43,108 bases of DNA from assembly GCA_017857195.1 (NCBI GenBank), contig JAFMDM010000001.1, positions 1 through 43,108 of the forward strand, given 5' to 3'. Under the pieces are notes generated by a model. The model was not told where the DNA came from. It ran no database searches and was given only the letters and a program-made list of their open reading frames with translations. Positions 21,029 to 29,818 of this stretch are shown one piece after another. A program made the position numbers and the translations under genes. Position 1 is the stretch's first letter. Each line of letters begins with the position of its first letter. Origin of the DNA: Methanobacteriota archaeon (GTDB lineage: Archaea > Thermoproteota > Thermoprotei_A > Sulfolobales > Sulfolobaceae).

Positions 21029-21421
21029 TTAGTCTGTACCTACCATTGCATCTATTTCCCTCAACACGTTGTTTTCGACTTCGGCGTTCCAAATCATTTC
21101 GGGTACGTCCACCAAAAGGAAAAGTTCAGAGATTAGGACGGCTTCAATCAGGGTGATCCCTATGCGCTGGAGCCATTTACCTACACCAATAGTCACCTTA
21201 AAACCGTCATTTGTTTTAGAGAAGAGAATGGAGAGGGACCTGTCCGCGGCGAATATGTCCCTAAGTATACCCGCCTTCCTTGCCTGAAGGAGAACTCCGT
21301 TATCCGTTTTTGCCACCTGGGTCTGCCACCCCTGGGACTTCAATCTCTCGGCCAAGGAGTTGGCCAACTGATCCAGATCCATGTCCCTATGATAGACTTT
21401 CTCTTTCTTCAACAAAGCCAT
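21029..21421 (-). CDS. Hypothetical protein
   Basis: 130-aa ORF from ATG 21421 (MALLKKEKVY...) with natural composition, collinear with the MFS gene. Confidence 0.7.
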   Translation of the reverse strand: MALLKKEKVYHRDMDLDQLANSLAERLKSQGWQTQVAKTDNGVLLQARKAGILRDIFAADRSLSILFSKTNDGFKVTIGVGKWLQRIGITLIEAVLISELFLLVDVPEMIWNAEVENNVLREIDAMVGTD

Positions 21422-21664
21422 AGAACCAGGGCAATTCCTACAATAATAAAAATTTCTCAAAGCTTTCGGTCATTTTACTTACAGAAAATTAAAAATTAAT
21501 CTAAGTATAGAGCAATGGGTTCATGTGACAATTCTACACGGAAAAAGAAGGGAGGACCAAGGACAAAAGTCATGGATAGCGTTGGCGGACATGACATAAA
21601 ATCTGAGGAGTGGAAAAGATTAAAAGATCAAGGCTGCATTATTATCCTCTAAGGTGACAAAGAC

Positions 21665-21850
21665 ATGCAATACAACACCGTGTTCAGAGGAGTCGCCTAC
21701 ACAATAGTGGAGGGCGACGGTGCTGAGGTCCTCCTACTTGAGGGTAAACCCATAGCGGCTACATGTACGGACCATGGGTCCCATCAACTTGGTGACCTCA
21801 GGTGCCCGCGGGTATGGAGGTTGCTGGAGGACATGAGCTACGACTTGTGA
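21665..21850 (+). CDS. Small hypothetical protein with Cys/His cluster
   Basis: ATG preceded by SD-like AAGGTGA; contains CTDHGSH-x6-C. Fills an otherwise empty interval. Confidence 0.6.
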   Translation: MQYNTVFRGVAYTIVEGDGAEVLLLEGKPIAATCTDHGSHQLGDLRCPRVWRLLEDMSYDL

Positions 21851-22215
21851 GCTATGGCCGCCAGCTCCACCCTTGCCCCGCGAGGTAGAGCTGAGACCTG
21901 CACCGTTACCCTGGCAGGTGGCTCCTTGAAATATTTCTCATAAACTTCGTTATATCCTTGGAAATCGTTCAGGTCTATCAAATAAACGAAAGTCATGACC
22001 ACATCCTCCATGGAGGCTCCCGACTGGGCTAATACCGCCTTCAGATTTTCCATAACCCTCTCTGTCTGTTCCCTTATTCCCCCCTTGACTAACTCATTGA
22101 TTTTTGGATCTATTGGAATCTGCCCTGAAACGTAAATTATCCCTCCTGACTCTATGGCCTGAGAATAGGGACCTATTGGAGCCGGAGCCAAATCGGATCT
22201 TATTGATCTCTTCAT
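21838..22215 (-). CDS. ridA: RidA (YjgF/YER057c/UK114) reactive intermediate deaminase
   Basis: APAPIGPYSQA, SGQIP, N-EVY and PPARVTVQV..LP...VE. Confidence 0.93.
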   Translation of the reverse strand: MKRSIRSDLAPAPIGPYSQAIESGGIIYVSGQIPIDPKINELVKGGIREQTERVMENLKAVLAQSGASMEDVVMTFVYLIDLNDFQGYNEVYEKYFKEPPARVTVQVSALPRGARVELAAIAHKS

Positions 22216-23045
22216 ACTCCCATCTTCCCTCTTGTAGCCTTTAAGTAGAGTAGGTAGTGGAGGGCCAACAACAGATCCCTCTCAGTAATTATACCCACCA
22301 GATTACCCCTCTCCATCACTAACAGGGATCCTATCTTTTTCTGGACGAGGGTGGTGGCTACCTCCTGCAGGGTGGCGTCCGGTTCCACCGCTATGACCCT
22401 GTGATTCATGGTGTCAGCCACCTTAGCTGAAAGAAGCGTTCCAGGATTGCCGTTCAGCAGGGCCTCCGTTATTTTCTTGAGCACGTCGGCCGCCGTCAAC
22501 ATTCCAACTACCTGCCCCTCCCTCACCACAGGAAGTCTTCGGAAGCCACGGCGAACCATTCTGGCCGCTGCGTCGATCAGTGGTTCTTGCTCCTCCACCG
22601 TACTGACCTTCTTAGACATGAAGTTTGACACATGTAGCACTTCAGGAACGTCCCTGTAGGCCAGGAGAAGCTCCCTCTCCGTAATAAGCCCCCGAGGTCT
22701 CCTCTCCCTGTCCGCCACAGGAAGTGAACCGAAGTTTCTGGCCACCATTATGCTGAGGGCATCCATCAGGTCATCATCGAGGGAAACGGTTATTGGATCT
22801 CTACTCATGACCTGGGATATTCTGATGGAGGCCATTGAGGAAACTTCCCTCTCCCTGCAGCCCCCAGCGCAGTTCGAGACGAAGAACGAAATTAGGTCCC
22901 TTGTGGAGACTATCCCCTTGACCACCTTATCCGCCACTATGACCCTCCCTATTCCCCTATCCCTTACCTTCCTTAGGGAGGTGAGGATCATTTCTTCAGA
23001 ATCGGAGATTGGGGGATCTGGGATCATAAGCGTACTGATCTTCAT
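22212..23045 (-). CDS. CBS domain protein (four CBS repeats)
   Basis: Repeated GIVSTRDL / GLITEREL / GMLTAADV / GIITERDL. Confidence 0.9.
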   Translation of the reverse strand: MKISTLMIPDPPISDSEEMILTSLRKVRDRGIGRVIVADKVVKGIVSTRDLISFFVSNCAGGCREREVSSMASIRISQVMSRDPITVSLDDDLMDALSIMVARNFGSLPVADRERRPRGLITERELLLAYRDVPEVLHVSNFMSKKVSTVEEQEPLIDAAARMVRRGFRRLPVVREGQVVGMLTAADVLKKITEALLNGNPGTLLSAKVADTMNHRVIAVEPDATLQEVATTLVQKKIGSLLVMERGNLVGIITERDLLLALHYLLYLKATRGKMGV

Positions 23046-23121
23046 GTGAGAATTTCATGTTTCCAGCTATTAAAGGAACTAGGAGAGCCAAAGCTTTAAC
23101 CCAGAGATCTTCCATGAACAA

Positions 23122-23583
23122 GTGAGACTTAAGGTCGTTCTTCCTAGCTTGGTGGTGATAGTACTTGTAATTGTGATTTCCTTGATGGTTCTATCCTCGG
23201 CTATGGAAAGCTTGTCAGGTTTTCACAGAACAACGTTCCAAACATCCAGTGGACCGTTCGTCCTGGACGGACTGGATGCTGAAAAGTGTGTAAGTGTAGT
23301 ATATCAAAGGGATAACTCAACGCTAAGTGGGTACGTTGTGATCTTTCAGAACCAATCAGCTGCACAGAGGTTCATGTCTAACTACATTTCACAAATAAAC
23401 GAGTCTAACGTTACTGAAATTCAGCTATTGGGCAACATTGTTAAGCTATACACATTTCCCAACGGAGGTTACACAATTGTCTCAGTTAGAGGTAACGCTT
23501 TCATAGTTGCGGCATCTTATAGGGTTGACCTGTCCACATTAAAGGAGTTCTATGATCTACTTGTAAATAGATATGTAAGTTGA
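23122..23583 (+). CDS. Membrane-anchored/secreted hypothetical protein
   Basis: N-terminal TM helix, N-x-S/T sequons, TTTAAC element about 25 nt upstream of the GTG. Confidence 0.7.
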   Translation: MRLKVVLPSLVVIVLVIVISLMVLSSAMESLSGFHRTTFQTSSGPFVLDGLDAEKCVSVVYQRDNSTLSGYVVIFQNQSAAQRFMSNYISQINESNVTEIQLLGNIVKLYTFPNGGYTIVSVRGNAFIVAASYRVDLSTLKEFYDLLVNRYVS

Positions 23584-23611
23584 GATCGTCTATGATCTTT
23601 CATGGGAAAGT

Positions 23612-24772
23612 TCAATGGTGCCTAACAACCATCTCAGCCCTTGGAGGAGGGATTGGTCCCTTCACGTCGTCCAAGAAGAGATAGAAAGTGGAGGCAGTGG
23701 CCCTGCTGATCGCTGCTACCAGTAGTAGAATCCTTATTGACATATCCTGCCCTAAGGATGCTAAAAACAGCGACGAAGCGCCTCCCAACACTCCACCAAT
23801 TAGGGCCCCAAGTCCGGCAAAGGCATTATACATGGCTATACCTCTCCTCTTGTCCTCCACCTTGTCGAAGAGATATGAGTAATATGCGGTGGATGAAACC
23901 GAGTTTGTGAAGCCTGACATCAGTTGAGCTGCGTATATGTCGTATACTGAGTTCCCCAAGGCATAGGCCAGGGGGAAAGTGGTCAGTCCCAATCTCCCCA
24001 GGAACATCATCTTCTTCCTACTTCTATCCACAAGTCCTCCAATTTTCCTCTGTAAGATGAGGGTGGAGGACCCGGCCAGCACAGAGGTTAGGGCCACCTC
24101 GAGGGCGTCCATATGATATACATACACTTGTGCCAGAGGGAACAGGGGCCAGGCGAAGGCCCAAGTTGCGTTGAAGGCTGCAGTTATCCCTAGGAACTTC
24201 CACATTCTTGGTTTGGAGATCTGGGACTTCCTGGTTTCCGTCACATCCTCCCATCTATACGCCAAGGCTCCATTTAGAAGATATAGGGCCCCAGAGGCAA
24301 TAAAGAATGGAGAAAAGTCTGAGTAACTGTTCTGCACTGTCAGTCCAGTGACAAGCGTGGCCACAAGTCCACCAATCGAAGAGTAGAAACCATATTCGGC
24401 TAACTTTCTTCCTCTGTCCCCGACGCTATATTTCTCCAACATTATTAACCATCCGAAGCTTGACACACCTGAGAAGCAGGCTATTGCCACATAGGTGATC
24501 ACGTAATAGATTGGTGAACTGAGACCTAAGACAACCATTACAAACCAAAGTATACCGATTGCCGTGTCGGCCAAGAGAACCAACTTCCTGGGAGATGTCC
24601 TGAAGTTGGTGAGAACCAACTGTACAATTGAAGAAAAGAAGGTGTTAGCTGTGGTCACAAGGCCCAGCTCCACTCCGAACACGCCCAATATTGCAGCCAG
24701 GAAGCTGACGAAGGGTTGAGTTAGGCTCGAGGCCAACGTCTGTAGTACAGCATACGTCCTTAGCTTAGCCAC
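23612..24772 (-). CDS. MFS transporter
   Basis: About 12 TM segments; GGLVDRSRKK motif A-like in the C-terminal half. Confidence 0.85.
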   Translation of the reverse strand: MAKLRTYAVLQTLASSLTQPFVSFLAAILGVFGVELGLVTTANTFFSSIVQLVLTNFRTSPRKLVLLADTAIGILWFVMVVLGLSSPIYYVITYVAIACFSGVSSFGWLIMLEKYSVGDRGRKLAEYGFYSSIGGLVATLVTGLTVQNSYSDFSPFFIASGALYLLNGALAYRWEDVTETRKSQISKPRMWKFLGITAAFNATWAFAWPLFPLAQVYVYHMDALEVALTSVLAGSSTLILQRKIGGLVDRSRKKMMFLGRLGLTTFPLAYALGNSVYDIYAAQLMSGFTNSVSSTAYYSYLFDKVEDKRRGIAMYNAFAGLGALIGGVLGGASSLFLASLGQDMSIRILLLVAAISRATASTFYLFLDDVKGPIPPPRAEMVVRHH

Positions 24773-24939
24773 AAAGATGTGCTAACTCTCTTTTCAATTA
24801 AAGGATTAGATGACTAATTGCAAGAGTGAAGTTAAAACAGCAAATCCACGAAGTCAATCATTCCATCTCCTGTAATCACAAGGGCATCTTTCGGTTTCTT
24901 TCCACGCAGTTTTTTACACCCCACGCGTTTTCCATTACC

Positions 24940-26340
24940 ATGTCTGAGAAATTAGAGGAGCACCTTCTCAAGGTGGAGGGAAGTGGTGTCCAATATGCGG
25001 AGCTAAGGTATCATAAGACCTTCAGTTCCCAGATAACGACGCTCAACGGGATTCTCATAAGTAACGAACAGGACTCCTCCTCTGGATACTCCCTGAGAAC
25101 CTATAGAGGAGGTCAGATGGAGTTCTACTCCAGGGACTCAAGTCCCCCTGAGCTGGAATCCACTCCAGTGGGAAGGAGCTGGGAGGAGGGAATTGACCTG
25201 GAAGGCGGTGAGGGGAAGATATCTTTCTCTTCCTCGGAGAAGATAAGGCCATCCGACGTGAGCCTAGAGGAAAAGCTAAGCCTACTGAGAGAAATAAAGG
25301 AAGAGGCCTTCGCCCTAAGACTTTCCACCAAGCTCGAGAGACTGGTGTTAAGCTATTGGGAGGGAGTGGAGGAGAAGGAAAGCCTGAACTCCTTGGGTTT
25401 AAGGATGACCTCCAGAATTTCAAGAATAGGAATATGGTACTCCTTCACCCTTAAGGATGGAGATAAATACGTCACTGCATCCCTTGAGGAGTTCGGTGGT
25501 TCTGGGGGATTTGAACTATTGAAGGGATGGAACGTAAAGGAACGTATACTGGATAGGATCTCCTCCTTGGACTCCGTTGTAACCAAAGGCAAGGCCCCAT
25601 CCCCTGGAAGAAAGGACGTAATAGTCAGTGGTATGATAGCTGGGATAATAGCCCATGAATCAGGAGGGCATCCATTCGAGGCAGATAGGGTGCTTGGGAG
25701 GGAAGCAGCTCAGGCAGGCAAAAGCTACCTGAGCCAGGAATGGATCTCGAAGAAGATGGGAAGTGATACAGTCACTCTAGTTGACGATCCCACGTTGGAG
25801 GGAAGTATGGGGTTCTTCCAGGTAGACGATGAGGGTGTAAAGGCCAGAAGGAAGTTCCTGATTAGGGAAGGTAAGGTGGAGGAGATGCTCCATAGTAGGC
25901 TAACGGCCCCGAGGTGGGGGGTGAGAAGTAACGGTTCCACCAGGGCAATGGACTACGAGTCGGAACCTCTCATTAGGATGTCCAACACCTTCTTTCTTCC
26001 GGGGAAAGCCAAGTTCCAGGATCTCTTGGATGGAATAAGGAATGGCGTATTCCTAAAGTCCTACATGGAGTGGAACATAGACGACTTAAGGTGGGGGCAG
26101 CGGTACGTTGGTTTGGAGGCCTATGAGGTAAAGGACGGAGAAATAGGTGAGCCGGTGAAGTTCCCCGTCCTTGAATCAACGACGGGAGAGATATATTCCT
26201 CCATAGACATGGTTGACGATTCATTAACATTCTACCCTGGAACCTGTGGGAAAGGGGAACCCTCCCAGGGAGTTCCGGTGTGGTTCGGTGGACCCAACAT
26301 GAGAATAAGGAACGTGACCATAAAGGTGATGGCCCAATGA
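24940..26340 (+). CDS. tldD: TldD family metalloprotease (catalytic subunit)
   Basis: HESGGHPFEAD (HExxGH), DDEG, RMSNT and GTCGKG..Q.VPV..GGP. Start placed at ATG 24940. Confidence 0.92.
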   Translation: MSEKLEEHLLKVEGSGVQYAELRYHKTFSSQITTLNGILISNEQDSSSGYSLRTYRGGQMEFYSRDSSPPELESTPVGRSWEEGIDLEGGEGKISFSSSEKIRPSDVSLEEKLSLLREIKEEAFALRLSTKLERLVLSYWEGVEEKESLNSLGLRMTSRISRIGIWYSFTLKDGDKYVTASLEEFGGSGGFELLKGWNVKERILDRISSLDSVVTKGKAPSPGRKDVIVSGMIAGIIAHESGGHPFEADRVLGREAAQAGKSYLSQEWISKKMGSDTVTLVDDPTLEGSMGFFQVDDEGVKARRKFLIREGKVEEMLHSRLTAPRWGVRSNGSTRAMDYESEPLIRMSNTFFLPGKAKFQDLLDGIRNGVFLKSYMEWNIDDLRWGQRYVGLEAYEVKDGEIGEPVKFPVLESTTGEIYSSIDMVDDSLTFYPGTCGKGEPSQGVPVWFGGPNMRIRNVTIKVMAQ

Positions 26341-27584
26341 ACTTCGACGGTGTGGAACATTACAGTGTACTGGAGTATCAGTACAAGAGACTGATGATCA
26401 AGTTCGCCTCCAGTGCCGTCACCGTAACTCAAAGATGGGACTCCAGAAGCTTCAGCGTCATCCTGACCTCAGGAGATAGGACCGCCATTGCTACAGGTAG
26501 GGGGAGCGTGGAGGAGGCATTGGAGGAGGCAAAGAGGAAGTTGCCCTACTCTGTCACCCCCTACCCAGTCAGGTTTCCCAAGGATGATAGGAAGATCTTG
26601 AGGAAGTCCGTGGACAGCTCCATAATGGAATCGTTGAAGGATCCTTCCAAGCTAGTTTCCAACTTAATGAATAAGTTCGAGGTGGAGACGGCAGGAGCCG
26701 TGGACCTGGTGTACGTCAAAAGGAAACTGATCACCTCAGGGGGATTCCAGGGTGAGGAGGAAGGTACCTATACCACTGCCTACTTCAGGGCCTTTCACGG
26801 GGAGAGAAGCGGAAGTTGGGCTTGGTCTGGAAACACCCTAGACCTTAACTCCATAAATGACGCAGTGAAGAGAGCTTCCCACTATTCTCAAATAGATGGT
26901 CAGATTAACGTGGACGATGGAAAGTATAACGTGATCCTATCGCCCATGGTTTTCTCGAACTTGATGAACGTGGTGGGCTGGATGTCCTCCGCAATGGCGG
27001 TTGAGTTGGGAAACTCCATCTTCATGGACAGTAAGATCGGAAGTAAAGTGGGGTCATCCTCCTTCACCCTCTCAGATTCGCCCAGGTCTCAATACTTTGG
27101 GACTTGGGAGTTCGATGATGAGGGCGTACAGACCTACAATAAACCTATCGTTAACAACGGAGTCCTCTCTACACTCCTCTACAATAGAACGTTGGGAGAG
27201 AGGAATGGAGGCGGAAGCACGGGTAACGCTGGTTGGATCTTCCCCCGGCCGTGGAGCTTGGAAGTGGGCGCTGGGAGCGTAGATGAGGGGTCGCTCCACT
27301 CTGGCGGGAACCTTCTGTTCAATAACAACTGGTATACAAGGATGCAGAACTACGTGGAAGGTACGTTCTCCACTGTAGGTAGGGACGCAATAGTGGTACT
27401 TAAGGACGGAAAGGAGGTTGGAGTAGCTAAGAGGTTGAGAATAGCGGACAGTATCAGAAGAATTATGGAGAATGTGGAGGTCCTATCTAAACAGAGGTAT
27501 CCCATAAGATGGTGGGAAGTGGAAACTCCAACGTTAAGTCCGTTCGTTTTGGTCAAGGATGTGCACGTGACCAGGGCCTCCTAG
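26337..27584 (+). CDS. tldE: TldE/PmbA family protein (non-catalytic partner)
   Basis: FDDEG and STGNAG, no HExxH. ATGA overlap with the tldD stop. Confidence 0.88.
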   Translation: MNFDGVEHYSVLEYQYKRLMIKFASSAVTVTQRWDSRSFSVILTSGDRTAIATGRGSVEEALEEAKRKLPYSVTPYPVRFPKDDRKILRKSVDSSIMESLKDPSKLVSNLMNKFEVETAGAVDLVYVKRKLITSGGFQGEEEGTYTTAYFRAFHGERSGSWAWSGNTLDLNSINDAVKRASHYSQIDGQINVDDGKYNVILSPMVFSNLMNVVGWMSSAMAVELGNSIFMDSKIGSKVGSSSFTLSDSPRSQYFGTWEFDDEGVQTYNKPIVNNGVLSTLLYNRTLGERNGGGSTGNAGWIFPRPWSLEVGAGSVDEGSLHSGGNLLFNNNWYTRMQNYVEGTFSTVGRDAIVVLKDGKEVGVAKRLRIADSIRRIMENVEVLSKQRYPIRWWEVETPTLSPFVLVKDVHVTRAS

Positions 27585-28459
27585 AGCTTAGCTAAGAGGC
27601 CCATTTTTCCAATCCTCCAGATATAATATCTCTCTATGAACCTCTTCATGAGAGTCCTCAATGGAGACTTCTTAACGCTCTGATACGATCCACCCCACGG
27701 TACATTACTTCTAACGTGCACCCCGAACTTACCGAAATCTAGAATGTTGATGAAGATCGGACGCAGCGCAAGTCCTTTACCTAGGGCATTGGCCCCAGCG
27801 ATCGCACCTGTTCTCATGGCTAGTTCGCCTAGTTTTGGGCCTTCAATCAGGTCTCCAGCCACGTAAGTATCACGATCCACTGAGAGGTCTGCCTTGGGCC
27901 TCATGAAGGACCCCACTAACTCATGTGGTTCTGGTGCCGGAAGTTCTTTCTCGCAGGACTCGCTCACCTTTACTCCAATTTCTTGGAGTGAATTGGATAC
28001 AGCCTCCTCAACCCTTTTCCCTAGCCAGGACAGTGGTGAACCGCAATACTTTGCGGAAAGCCCCCTGGACCTTAAGTAAAGAACTGCCTGGAGGGCAATA
28101 TACTCATCATAGATGTATTGTGCCCTTAAGGACGGGTGGGAGGAATTCCTAAGCTCCTGCAGGACTTGGGTGATCTTGGGTCTCCTACATCCCAGTGCCA
28201 ATATCATGGAATCCCCCTCCAACTTCATTCCATCCAACTTTACCCATCTTCCCTTCATGTCAAAGTCCTTTATTTCGCCCATAATGGTCCCTTTGGGAAG
28301 AGGGGCCTGGTAAGGGGTGGGCTTGAGCAGATTCCTAAGGTAAGCAGTGTAGAAGGTGAAGTATGGTGAATCGGCAATAAGGGTCCCTTTGGGAATGGAA
28401 TAGAAGGCGTTCAATCCAGCGTACCCAGCACCCAATATGAGAACCTTCCCTCCACCCAT
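27581..28459 (-). CDS. NAD(P)/FAD-dependent oxidoreductase (short SQR/NDH-2-like flavoprotein)
   Basis: ILGAGYAG Rossmann motif, ILALG and YVAGD...PKLGELA FAD-binding motifs. Confidence 0.8.
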   Translation of the reverse strand: MGGGKVLILGAGYAGLNAFYSIPKGTLIADSPYFTFYTAYLRNLLKPTPYQAPLPKGTIMGEIKDFDMKGRWVKLDGMKLEGDSMILALGCRRPKITQVLQELRNSSHPSLRAQYIYDEYIALQAVLYLRSRGLSAKYCGSPLSWLGKRVEEAVSNSLQEIGVKVSESCEKELPAPEPHELVGSFMRPKADLSVDRDTYVAGDLIEGPKLGELAMRTGAIAGANALGKGLALRPIFINILDFGKFGVHVRSNVPWGGSYQSVKKSPLRTLMKRFIERYYIWRIGKMGLLAKL

Positions 28460-28534
28460 ATCCTTCAGCAGGGATGTAGGAAATTTAAGGTTAGGTGAGC
28501 AGGAGCAGAAGAATTCTTAGACCTAAAGTGAAAC

Positions 28535-29137
28535 TTGTTTTCATTGGAATTGGCATATAGTGAGGAAAGGGAGCTGAGGCCTTGGGCCAAAGTTAAGACA
28601 GTCCAACCCAAAAGAGTGAAGGAGGAGGAGGTTAGATTCATCGTAGATAAGGTTGATTTGGCCTATGTTCCAGTGCCCCTTCTCCCTCAACTGGGAGAGA
28701 TCAGTGTTCTATCAAATGGTGCAGTGTTTGCGAAAGGCATGTCGTTAAGTAGACTTAGGGATGGGAAGAGATTGCTCGTACCAAGCTCTCATTCAACCCA
28801 TTATTACCTTGCGAGGATATTAACAAACGAGAGGTGGATTCCAACCCAAGACGAAGCCCTCGCTGACGCCAGGGTTCAGGAAGAGGAAGGCGATTTAAGT
28901 GCAATGTGGAGAGCAAAATGTGGTGACTTACCTATTCCCATTAAGGTAGTGGTAACTACCAGGCTTGAGCAAAGGAAGGCTCTGGAGGTTAAAGTGGAAC
29001 TGAGAAGGTCTGCCTCGGCCTTGGAACTCGAGGATCCGCTTACCAAGGAGATGGGGTTGAGGGGGAGGAAGGCATTGCAGTGCATGCTAGATCTCTGTGC
29101 TCCCCTATGTGGGAGGGCAAACTTCATCCTTCTTTGA
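28535..29137 (+). CDS. MqnA/MqnD-like (periplasmic-binding-fold) protein, divergent
   Basis: VDLAYVP, VPSSHSTHYYLARIL and DLSAMWRAKCGDLPIP resemble recalled MqnA/MqnD motifs (DLG..W....GLP.P). TTG start. Confidence 0.5.
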   Translation: MFSLELAYSEERELRPWAKVKTVQPKRVKEEEVRFIVDKVDLAYVPVPLLPQLGEISVLSNGAVFAKGMSLSRLRDGKRLLVPSSHSTHYYLARILTNERWIPTQDEALADARVQEEEGDLSAMWRAKCGDLPIPIKVVVTTRLEQRKALEVKVELRRSASALELEDPLTKEMGLRGRKALQCMLDLCAPLCGRANFILL

Positions 29138-29159
29138 GGGTTATGGCCTAGAGTGTGTC

Positions 29160-29299
29160 GATGGTGTCATCAAGGATTAGGTAAATTAACAAGCCTATCT
29201 GCCAAGATCTATTGACTCACCACAATCCGTTTAATTCGTGGGAGCGGAATAACGTTCTGAAGGGGGAGATAGTTTATCCTGACAAGTGACGACACTATG
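29160..29299. mobile_element. Putative 140-bp MITE-like element
   Basis: Ends ATGGTGTCATCA (29161) and TGACGACACTATG (29287-29299) are imperfect inverted repeats matching the termini of 42008-42133. Internal sequence is not visibly related. Confidence 0.45.
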
Positions 29300-29524
29300 G
29301 ACTTGATGAACCCTTTGACAAACGAGTATACAACATACTGAAACCCTCCCATTTCTAGGCAGGAGTGGGATTCCCTTTATAAAAGAGCGATCAGGGACCC
29401 TCTGAAATCTCAGGGAAGCAATGCCTACACAACTACTCTACCTCAAATCCTCTCAGAATCGGATGAGAATCCGAGTCATGAGAAAACTAACCTTATAAAG
29501 AGTTATTAAAAATTAAATATGTTT

Positions 29525-29806
29525 CTAACCCCAGGATACCGAACCACCTGATGACCCTGAACTTCCGCTTGAGCTGCTGGATCCTGTGGACCCTCCAGAA
29601 CTGCCAGAAGATCCTGTGCTCGATGATGTAGATCCGTTGGATGTGCCACTTGAAGTTGTGGAGGTTGAAGTTGTGGAGGTCGTGGTTTTTCCTGACGTGG
29701 TGTGAGCTGAATGGGAAGAAAGAGCAGATGCGACTATTAGCCCACCTGACACTAGGAGTACTAAAACTGTTACTGCCAGTATTGCCAACTGTATTGGTTT
29801 CATCAA
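29525..29806 (-). CDS. Ser/Thr/Gly-rich membrane-anchored microprotein
   Basis: One TM helix followed by a low-complexity TTST/SSG tract, ending SVSWG. 12 nt downstream of the preceding gene. Confidence 0.7.
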   Translation of the reverse strand: MMKPIQLAILAVTVLVLLVSGGLIVASALSSHSAHTTSGKTTTSTTSTSTTSSGTSNGSTSSSTGSSGSSGGSTGSSSSSGSSGSSGGSVSWG

Positions 29807-29818
29807 CTGAGCATAGGT

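Noticed and set aside
29304-29341. C/D box sRNA (TGATGA...CTGA)
   Set aside because: Only 38 nt from box C to box D with no clear D'/C' pair; too short for a typical archaeal guide RNA.
24940-29806. Bona fide RiPP/microcin cluster around tldD/E
   Set aside because: No YcaO, radical SAM or dehydrogenase, and tldD/E pairs are common housekeeping genes. Kept only as a minor alternative in a finding.
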